A DNA stretch of 42,655 nt from an uncultured Pseudomonadota bacterium. GTDB lineage: Bacteria; Babelota; Babeliae; Babelales; CAZZPM01. The position numbers were made by a program, and so were the translations under genes. The notes below the pieces were generated by a model that searched no databases, had not been told where the DNA came from, and worked only from the letters and a program-made list of their open reading frames with translations. Every line of letters starts with the position of its first letter. Position 1 is the first letter of the stretch. Location of the stretch: assembly GCA_964655535.1 (NCBI GenBank), contig CAZZPM010000001.1, forward strand, positions 1 to 42,655, read 5' to 3'. Of this stretch, positions 26,125 through 33,679 are shown in pieces.

Positions 26125-29000
26125 GCATTCCTTTTTCTATAATGAGGCCCTGCTCCCATGCTCAAAATATCTTTTAAACGATTACGCGAATCGATCATTA
26201 TTTCATTTTTTTCTTCTGGGACTAATAACTTTAATAGCTTTTTTTCATGATCTTCTTTCGCTTCATCAAAAACATTTTGTTCATCAGCTTGAAATGTTTT
26301 TTTAAATTGTTCGCGCTCTTTTTCTAAAAGAGGATCTTTTTCTTTTTCAACCTTTTTCTCTGCATGTAATACAAAGGTGTTATCTTTTATCGGCTCTTCT
26401 GCAGGCAACTCTTCGGGAGTCACATCAAGTTCATTAAATTGTGGTCCATATTTTTTTTCATCTCGCTCTGTTTTTGATCGATAGTCAGGATCATTTTTAA
26501 TATCAACAATTGAAGGTTGATATCGTGCTGTTGCAAAATCAACAACTTTGTGAGCATAAGTTTCGCCATCAGGGTTGAAGAACCAATTATGAATCGGATC
26601 TTTAACTTTTTTTGTATCAATCGCAGCTTCAATACTTTCTTTTGCTCCATGCAACTTCATCTTTGTATACAAATCCATACCAGGTGTTTGACGGGGCTTA
26701 ATAATTGTTGGACAGACAAAAATAAAAATATACTGTTTATTGATACTTCTTTGTTTATTTTTACAAAGCCATCCAAGAATAGGAATACGTGATAAGAAGG
26801 GCGTTCCACCTTCACTTTGTTTTAAACTGGTTTTAACAAAACCTCCCAACACTAACACCTGTCCACTTGCAACAGAAACATTCGTTGCTAATTTTTTCTC
26901 TTGTGTTCCCTCATTGGGTAAAAAATCAGCTATAGTTGCATCAACTTGTAGCGTAATAATACCATCAAGATTAATTTGCGGTGTATACTCAATATGTGTT
27001 ACAGCATCTTGATCAGTAAATGACTTGGCTTCCCCAATGTCTCCTCCATCACTCACTGCTTGTTCTTTGATAATACGTCTTTTATCGCCAACTTTAATCG
27101 TTGCTTTAACGCGATTTGCAACCGTAATAAATGGCTGTGAAATAACACTTGCATTAACTTCGCTTTTGAGTGCCTTGAAAACTGCCCAAATATTTACATC
27201 TTTACCAAAACTTACAACAGTCGACCCTCGACCAAAACCTTGTACTAATTCTAAAAGATTACCAAAAAGACTCATTGGTTTCCCCACTCCATCTCGCTCA
27301 GGCACAACGCCTGCAAATCCTGCAGATTGAAAACCAATATTATTACCCAAGCTCCCTTTAAATTTTGGTCTAAATTGACCACCAAGCTCTTTAGCATCTT
27401 CCGCATTAACACTGACTACCAACGTTTCAATAAAAACAGAAGGTTGAGCTGTATCAAGCGCTTTTAATGTCGGCTTTAAAATTTTCCAATCACGAGGGTC
27501 GGCACAGGAAACAATCAATTGATTTCCCCGCTCGTCAACTTGAAAGTTCATATTTTTAAAGTATTTTACACCGCCTAAAACGCCGCCATGTTTTGCTGCA
27601 GCTCCATTGTCAGAATTATTAATAACTTCTGTTAACAAATCACGCATCTGTGTTGCTTCTGCGTATTGAAACGTAAATACTTTTAGTGGCGACTTAGTAA
27701 ACCGTTCTTCTGCTTCAAAATAACGATCTATAAAATCTTCTATAACTTGAATTGACTTATGATTACCTAAAAGAATTAAAGAATTTGAACGATCTTCAGA
27801 AACAATTTTTGTTGTTGATGAAAAATATTCAACTGATCCTTCAGATTTTTTACCTAAAAGTCGCGCTAGCGTACTTGTTTGTGGCGAGCTTATTAAACTT
27901 TCGAGCAAGGTTTTAACCTCAAGAGCATTCGCTTTTTGGAGCCGACGAACAACAACCGTCTCTTGCAATCCTGATTGATCTAATTCTTGAACAACCTTGA
28001 GAGCCGATTTAATGTTGAGCGATTTATCCGTAATAATAAAACCATTAATATTAGGCTGTGGTAAAAATCGACTATCAGGACCTAACATTGATGTAAGAAG
28101 ACCAGAAATTTCAGAAATACCAATATTTTGTAAAAAGCCAACATATCGAATTGTTGCATCTGAATTTGGCAATGCATCGACTGAAGAACCAAAAAATGAA
28201 GGAAGTGGCTCTATACTTTTTCCTTGTCGTGGAATAATTTTATGCACATTTGCTTTGTTCCCTTCAGGGCCAACTTCAATAATACTAAACCCATGCATTT
28301 CAAGCATCGTCAAAAAAACCTGCCATGCACCATCAAGACTCAGTGGCTCTCGGATTGCAATCGAAATTTCAACATTCTCAGTTGATCTATCAGGAATAAT
28401 ATTAATTTTTTTGATTCCTGCAATATAATTGATAAAACTTGCTAGTTTTATTTTTTCAAAATTCAAATAAATCGCTTGATCTTGCAGCGTGATAACAAGA
28501 TCTTTTTTTTTCTTTTTTTTCTGAGATACCTTTGGCAATCCTTCTTGTTTTGCAAAAATATCTTGTTCATGTTCTTCGTATGAAATCGCTTTTTCAAGCA
28601 TTTCAGTTGCTTCAATTTCTTTATTTAAGTCGAGCTCATGGGCTTCTTTGTGTACAGAAGAACGATTTTTTTGATGAACTACATTTTTTTTAACAGGCAA
28701 TCCACGACGTGATTGTAATCCAGCCAAAGCATGAGGTTGCTTCGATCTTTGTCGCATGTGTGATCTGTCTCGATCTATTTTTTTCGATCTTGCATGAGGT
28801 CGGGCAACTAGCAGAGCATCTTCATCAACAATATTTACATTTTTATTTTCTTGACCTGAATCTTGATTAAATAAGCCTCTTCGTCGACGAAAACGAGCAA
28901 CTCGTTGATTGTTGGATCTTTTATCTTTTTGCTCAAGAGCTGCATATGCATCAACAGAAAAAAACAAACAAAAAAATAAAATTGTCATAGTTATCTGCAT
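26121..29000 (-). CDS. Secretin A (GspD-type: signal peptide, ~150-aa Arg/Lys-rich spacer, N0-N3-like domains, secretin core, 188-aa charged C-terminal extension)
   Basis: Start set at ATG 29000 (MQITMTILFFCLFFSVDAYA, GGGG 5 nt upstream). N0-like IYLNFEKIKLASFINYIAGIKKINIIP. Core ends in GQVLVLGGF...TPFLSRIPILGWLCKNKQRSINKQYIFIFVCPTII. Confidence 0.85.
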   Translation of the reverse strand: MQITMTILFFCLFFSVDAYAALEQKDKRSNNQRVARFRRRRGLFNQDSGQENKNVNIVDEDALLVARPHARSKKIDRDRSHMRQRSKQPHALAGLQSRRGLPVKKNVVHQKNRSSVHKEAHELDLNKEIEATEMLEKAISYEEHEQDIFAKQEGLPKVSQKKKKKKDLVITLQDQAIYLNFEKIKLASFINYIAGIKKINIIPDRSTENVEISIAIREPLSLDGAWQVFLTMLEMHGFSIIEVGPEGNKANVHKIIPRQGKSIEPLPSFFGSSVDALPNSDATIRYVGFLQNIGISEISGLLTSMLGPDSRFLPQPNINGFIITDKSLNIKSALKVVQELDQSGLQETVVVRRLQKANALEVKTLLESLISSPQTSTLARLLGKKSEGSVEYFSSTTKIVSEDRSNSLILLGNHKSIQVIEDFIDRYFEAEERFTKSPLKVFTFQYAEATQMRDLLTEVINNSDNGAAAKHGGVLGGVKYFKNMNFQVDERGNQLIVSCADPRDWKILKPTLKALDTAQPSVFIETLVVSVNAEDAKELGGQFRPKFKGSLGNNIGFQSAGFAGVVPERDGVGKPMSLFGNLLELVQGFGRGSTVVSFGKDVNIWAVFKALKSEVNASVISQPFITVANRVKATIKVGDKRRIIKEQAVSDGGDIGEAKSFTDQDAVTHIEYTPQINLDGIITLQVDATIADFLPNEGTQEKKLATNVSVASGQVLVLGGFVKTSLKQSEGGTPFLSRIPILGWLCKNKQRSINKQYIFIFVCPTIIKPRQTPGMDLYTKMKLHGAKESIEAAIDTKKVKDPIHNWFFNPDGETYAHKVVDFATARYQPSIVDIKNDPDYRSKTERDEKKYGPQFNELDVTPEELPAEEPIKDNTFVLHAEKKVEKEKDPLLEKEREQFKKTFQADEQNVFDEAKEDHEKKLLKLLVPEEKNEIMIDSRNRLKDILSMGAGPHYRKRNA

Positions 29001-29007
29001 AATACCC

Positions 29008-30192
29008 CTATCGCATGTACGTATGTGGTGAACGCTTATGCATATTATCAATCAATCGCTTACGAATTTTCATAACTGTATCATAATAATCAGAAGAATC
29101 TTCATTTTCAATCATTGCTCTTCGATCTACTTTTTCTTGACGAGGGTTTATTTTATTAAACGGCGTTGGTTGCGTATTTACTTGAGCTTGAATTTCTGTT
29201 GCTTTTGTATCATTTCCGCTCGAATATCCCGCACTCATCATTGACTTGCCTGATAATGAAAGAGGAATATCAGAAAGTATACGTCGCATTGTGTATCGAA
29301 GAGCAACTTCTTGCTTGTTTCGCATGAGACGAATATCAATCGTTCCATTTTCTTTTGTTGCAACAACTTCTTGATATGCCTTCAACATCTTTTTTTGATC
29401 CGTCAACATAATATTATTAATACTCAGAATAAGATCATGCGAAGCTAGACCAAATGCTTGTAACAAAGCAATATTTTTTTTTTCTTCGCATTGAATCCCC
29501 ATGCATTGATTATTTTGAAAGGAAGGAAACAACTGAAATAATTCTATAAATGCACCTAAACTTGCTATTTTTTTTTGACATTGCTCCGGATCAACTTGAA
29601 ATTCTCCCGGACTGAGCGGAATAATTACTTTTTTCCATTCGCTATTTCCTTCTGCTGTCTTTACCAGTAAGTCCTCATCTCTTCTTAGGAAAAATGTTTC
29701 TTGTTGTCCATTTGAACGAAAAAAAATAACTCTATTTTTCATAATTTTTGCAATAAATGCATCTTTCACTTGATCACCATTATAAAAAATTTGTTCTTTT
29801 AATGTTTCATCAGAAATAATAGCAACACTTTTTTCTTCATCTGCCGCTAAAACAATTCCATTTAGAATAATATTGAGCGCCGGCAACATTTCCATTTCTT
29901 TGGGAGCAGGCGGAATAATAATAGAAGGCCAACTAAATGAGGGCATTGCAGAGATCTGCTTAGCTGCCTTCAAAGGCGGATCAAGTGGATTAAAAGTAGC
30001 AAAAAGATCATTTTGAAATATGAATTCTGGTACAATTCCAGGACGCACATCTTGATGAGCTGCCGCTTCTAAAAGTCCTTTTGTCCGTGCTTTAATCTGA
30101 GGAGGTACTTGTAATAAAAAAAAATAAAACATCGAGCTACTGATCGCAATCAAAATTAAAAAAGAATTAAGCAGTTGCAGTTGTTGTATCAT
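29008..30192 (-). CDS. GspC-like protein (N-terminal TM, PilP/HR-type beta domain, PDZ-like domain)
   Basis: TM helix (LNSFLILIAISSSMFYFFLL). HR-like segment LNGIVLAADEEKSVAIISDETLKEQIFYNGDQVKDAFIAKIMKNRVIFFRSNGQQETFFL. PDZ-like segment (LQAFGLASHDLILSINNIMLTDQKKMLKAYQEV...TIDIRLMRNKQEV). A 7-nt gap separates it from secretin A. Confidence 0.55.
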   Translation of the reverse strand: MIQQLQLLNSFLILIAISSSMFYFFLLQVPPQIKARTKGLLEAAAHQDVRPGIVPEFIFQNDLFATFNPLDPPLKAAKQISAMPSFSWPSIIIPPAPKEMEMLPALNIILNGIVLAADEEKSVAIISDETLKEQIFYNGDQVKDAFIAKIMKNRVIFFRSNGQQETFFLRRDEDLLVKTAEGNSEWKKVIIPLSPGEFQVDPEQCQKKIASLGAFIELFQLFPSFQNNQCMGIQCEEKKNIALLQAFGLASHDLILSINNIMLTDQKKMLKAYQEVVATKENGTIDIRLMRNKQEVALRYTMRRILSDIPLSLSGKSMMSAGYSSGNDTKATEIQAQVNTQPTPFNKINPRQEKVDRRAMIENEDSSDYYDTVMKIRKRLIDNMHKRSPHTYMR

Positions 30193-30212
30193 ACGATCTA
30201 TCCTACTTTAAT

Positions 30213-30242
30213 TTTATATAACAAGCTTATTATCGATTGCAA
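30213..30242 (-). promoter_or_regulatory. Candidate sigma70-type promoter for the GspC-to-secretin-B operon
   Basis: On the minus strand: TTGCAA (30237-30242), ~18-nt spacer, TATAAA (30213-18), located in the 88-nt moxR-gspC gap. Motif match only. Confidence 0.3.
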
Positions 30243-30280
30243 GAGATTTTTACATGCATATTCATTACAGAGCAGCATAT

Positions 30281-31315
30281 TTAAGGAACAGGAATTTGGT
30301 CAATAATCTGCATAATTATATCATCAACTTTAATATCATCAGCTTCAGCTTCATAGGTTAATAAAATACGATGTCGTAAAATATCCAATGCCAATGTTTT
30401 TAAATCATCAGGAATAACAAAATGACGTCCTTTTAAAAAAGCAAATCCTCGTGATGCTTGCAATAATGCAATGGTCGCTCTTGGCGATGCTCCGTACGCA
30501 ATATATTGTTGCAATGCAAGGCCATATTTTTCTGGATACCGCGTTGCTTGCACTAAAACTAAAAGATAATCGATAACTTTCTCATCAATATAAACCTGCT
30601 GAACAATTTCTTGCCCTTTGATAATCTCAGGACTACTTAAAACTTTTTGCGTAGAATGTGGTAAGCCTAAACGAGCAAGAACTTCTTTTTCTTCTTCAAG
30701 CGCTGGATAATCAAGATGTACTTTAAACATAAAGCGATCTACTTGCGCTTCAGGCAATTGATAAGTTCCTTCTTGATCGATAGGATTCTGTGTCGCAAGA
30801 ACTAAAAAAGGTTTTTCAAGCCGATAACTTTGATCACCAATCGAAACTTGATGCTCTTGCATCGCCTCTAAAAGAGCTGATTGCACTTTTGCAGGCGCTC
30901 GATTAATTTCATCTGCAATAACAAGATGAGCAAAGATTGGCCCTTTTTTTGTCTGAAATGCTTGTGTTTGAGGATTGTACATTAATGTACCAATGACATC
31001 AGCAGGCAATAAATCAGGAGTAAATTGAATACGATTAAATGAAACGCCCAATGCATGTGCTAATGTTTTTACCAATGTTGTTTTTGCAAGACCTGGAACA
31101 CCTTCTAATAAAATATGACCGTTACATAAAAGACCAATGAGTAAGCGATCGATAATAGCATCTTGGCCTACAATTGTTTTTTTTATCTCTTGCTTTAAAA
31201 CGGCCCAACGAGAACTTTCTTCTTTAATACTATCAACAATCTCAGTCGCAATCTGCTTTATCATAGTACAATACTCCTCATCATTGATCAAAATGTTTAA
31301 TGGCTTTTTTATCAC
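30281..31315 (-). CDS. MoxR-family AAA+ ATPase
   Basis: HILLEGVPGLAKTTL (Walker A, MoxR type), VIADEINRAP (Walker B), TQNPIDQEGTYQLPEAQVDRF, and the C-terminal lid SPRATIALLQASRGFAFLKGRHFV. The alternative start ATG 31264 cannot be excluded. Confidence 0.85.
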   Translation of the reverse strand: MIKKPLNILINDEEYCTMIKQIATEIVDSIKEESSRWAVLKQEIKKTIVGQDAIIDRLLIGLLCNGHILLEGVPGLAKTTLVKTLAHALGVSFNRIQFTPDLLPADVIGTLMYNPQTQAFQTKKGPIFAHLVIADEINRAPAKVQSALLEAMQEHQVSIGDQSYRLEKPFLVLATQNPIDQEGTYQLPEAQVDRFMFKVHLDYPALEEEKEVLARLGLPHSTQKVLSSPEIIKGQEIVQQVYIDEKVIDYLLVLVQATRYPEKYGLALQQYIAYGASPRATIALLQASRGFAFLKGRHFVIPDDLKTLALDILRHRILLTYEAEADDIKVDDIIMQIIDQIPVP

Positions 31316-31323
31316 TTATGCAA

Positions 31324-32496
31324 TTATATCTTGCCAGGCAATGCATGTAAACTTTTGCCGATACGATTCCATCGAACATATCGCTTCCAAAAAGTAAATG
31401 GATGTTTTAATAATTCAAAAATCCACCACGATTCTTCACTATCAACCGAATATAAAATAAAACTTGCACGACCATCAATCAAAGAACCATCTAAAAAAAG
31501 CCATCGGCGCGAATCATCACTTTGACGACGACTATCGCCCATTGCCCAATATTTTCCTTCAGGAATTTTTAAAGGCCCAAATGTATCTAAATCCGTCATA
31601 TCTGTCGGCTCTCTCAACAAAGGCATTCCTGTTTCTGGATGCAAAAATACTTCATGCGGCTCCATGTAATGAAATGGTTGATCTCTAAACGATTTTGTTC
31701 GGTCATAGGAATAAAAAACAAATTTTTCTGTTTTTTCAAATAACCCCGGAAGCCCAAATGAACTAAATAATCCTTGAGGCAAAAATCCTGTTGTTTTTTT
31801 TAATGCAATGAGAGGATATGGATTAACATAATCCGATTCATCAAGCTTTTTTCCATTTAAATAAACAGCCGCGCGGCCATTTTCTACTTTACCTTCAATG
31901 ATATCACCGGGAAGTCCAATCGCTCGTTTTACCCAACTTTCTGGACCATTTTTTAAGCCTAAAAAGGAGATGCCAATTCCCACATATTTTTGCCAATATT
32001 TTCCCCAACGAGTATGTTCATCGTACATAAATGTTGGATCAGTAAAGATAATCATATCGCCATGCTTGACTTGTTGTCCAAATCGATATGCAAATTTATT
32101 TCCCCAAACACGATCACCTTCTAAAATAGTTCGTGAAGCACTGCCGGTCGGAACATGGTATAAACCAAAAATAAAATTTCTAAAAAATAATGCTAAAGTT
32201 CCTGCTATAACAAATGCTTCAATCCATTGACGAAGCATTGATTTTGACGATTCATTGAGAGTAACATAAATTAACTTGAGCTCTTTGTATAAAGATTTTG
32301 TTTCTGACGAATATGAACGATTTTGTATTGCCACAACAAGCTGGTCTGCGCGCTGAATATTGTTTTCATATAGAGCAGCCTCTTGATAATAGCCATCATT
32401 TTTCCATTGTTTTGCCAATTGTACAAAGTAAGCTCTTTTTTCTTGGTACTTACGTGCAAAAAACGAATACCAAATAGCCCACAAAGCTGTCCACAT
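31324..32496 (-). CDS. lepB: Signal peptidase I
   Basis: TGSASRTILEGDRV (Ser box), VKRAIGLPGD (Lys box) and GDSRRQSDDSRRW (GDNR..S.DSR box). Two N-terminal TM segments. Confidence 0.8.
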   Translation of the reverse strand: MWTALWAIWYSFFARKYQEKRAYFVQLAKQWKNDGYYQEAALYENNIQRADQLVVAIQNRSYSSETKSLYKELKLIYVTLNESSKSMLRQWIEAFVIAGTLALFFRNFIFGLYHVPTGSASRTILEGDRVWGNKFAYRFGQQVKHGDMIIFTDPTFMYDEHTRWGKYWQKYVGIGISFLGLKNGPESWVKRAIGLPGDIIEGKVENGRAAVYLNGKKLDESDYVNPYPLIALKKTTGFLPQGLFSSFGLPGLFEKTEKFVFYSYDRTKSFRDQPFHYMEPHEVFLHPETGMPLLREPTDMTDLDTFGPLKIPEGKYWAMGDSRRQSDDSRRWLFLDGSLIDGRASFILYSVDSEESWWIFELLKHPFTFWKRYVRWNRIGKSLHALPGKI

Positions 32497-32767
32497 ACTC
32501 TAACCCCTTTATACAAAGCAATTTTTATCGCTTATGATATCAAAATTTTATTTTTACTTTTTTATCTATGTATTAAAACCTCTACTTTAAGAGTACTGAT
32601 TATCCTACTGAAAACCAAAAACGTTTGCAACTAATTTTTCTTTTAAAACAAGAATAGTCTTTCAAGGCAAAACATTTTATAATCAACGACTTCTTTTATT
32701 TATCATTTTTCCTAGTACTCTTTAAAGTACTAAGAAAAATGAATATTAAAAATAAAGAATAATCGCC

Positions 32768-33355
32768 ATGAACAATAAAGAAAAAATAAAGTTACTACAA
32801 AAAGAATATGCTGATTGTTCCTCATGTCCTTTAGCATGCTTGGGCAGATCAAAAGTTGTTTTTGGGCAAGGCGCCACATCTCCTCATCTTATGGTTATTG
32901 GTGAAGCACCAGGAGCCGATGAAGACAGAGAAGGGAGTCCTTTTATTGGCAAAGCAGGAAAGCTTTTACGAACATTTTTACAAGAAATTATTCCTTCAGA
33001 TTGCACTATCTTTATCAGCAATGTCGTCAAATGTCGCCCACCTCAAAATCGCAAACCAACCAAACAAGAAAGTCAAACGTGTTCTTCATTGCTTTTATTT
33101 AAAGAGATCGAAATTCTAAAACCAAAAATTATTATAACAGTTGGGGCTACATCATTTTTAACGCTTGTTCCAAGAGCACCTGCGCTCCTTAAAGCACGTC
33201 TTAATCTTTTTTTATACAAAGAAATTCCTTTGATTCCGGCTCTTCATCCTTCATTCTGTTTACGCTTTCCTCACATGCAAAACGAACTCAAAAAAGATTT
33301 TTATTTTGCCCTATCAACATTGATCAACATTCAAAAAAAAGAAACAAATTTTTAA
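32768..33355 (+). CDS. Uracil-DNA glycosylase, family 4 (Fe-S type)
   Basis: CSSCPLAC, GEAPGADEDREGSPFIGKAGKLL, NVVKCRPPQNRKPT..E...C and the HPSF box. Confidence 0.8.
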   Translation: MNNKEKIKLLQKEYADCSSCPLACLGRSKVVFGQGATSPHLMVIGEAPGADEDREGSPFIGKAGKLLRTFLQEIIPSDCTIFISNVVKCRPPQNRKPTKQESQTCSSLLLFKEIEILKPKIIITVGATSFLTLVPRAPALLKARLNLFLYKEIPLIPALHPSFCLRFPHMQNELKKDFYFALSTLINIQKKETNF

Positions 33356-33418
33356 TATTTTCTCTTTGTCTTATATAAAAGAAGTTTTTCTTTGGTTTTC
33401 AATTTGTAATGCAACAAT

Positions 33419-33471
33419 TGTTGATAAAGTGTTGATAAAGTGTTGATAACTTGTGGATAACTTGTTAATAA
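33419..33471 (-). repeat. Five head-to-tail DnaA-box-like 9-mers at exact 11-bp phasing
   Basis: TGTTGATAA at 33419, 33430 and 33441; TGTGGATAA at 33452; TGTTAATAA at 33463. The reverse complements are TTATCAACA x3, TTATCCACA and TTATTAACA. Confidence 0.75.
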
Positions 33472-33580
33472 CTTTTTTTAACCACTCAAAACATCGATCT
33501 GTAATAGATAAAAAAAATACATTTCAAAAACACATTTCAAAACATCGATCTAATCAATATAATTGGAAGTTGATATATTT

Positions 33581-33621
33581 TTGTCCACAAGTTATCAACA
33601 CTTGTCCACAAGTTATCAACA
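33581..33621 (+). repeat. Four DnaA-box-like 9-mers formed by a tandemly duplicated 21-bp unit
   Basis: TTGTCCACA at 33581, TTATCAACA at 33592, TTGTCCACA at 33602, TTATCAACA at 33613. Spacing is 11/10/11 bp, and orientation is opposite to the 33419-33471 array. Confidence 0.75.
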
Positions 33622-33679
33622 ATGTTTTAAAAGTAAATAGCATCGATCCAATCGACATTATGAGAATATTTTATATGAG

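Noticed and set aside
29001-29051. 17-codon extension of the secretin A ORF overlapping the GspC-like gene
   Set aside because: ATG 29000 is followed by a classical signal peptide and preceded by GGGG. The extension would bury the signal peptide.
33419-33471. Tandem 11-bp repeats considered as a CRISPR array or plasmid-type iterons
   Set aside because: The units are contiguous with no spacers and are far too short for CRISPR repeats, and no cas or rep gene is nearby. Each unit matches the DnaA-box consensus, which explains the repeats better.
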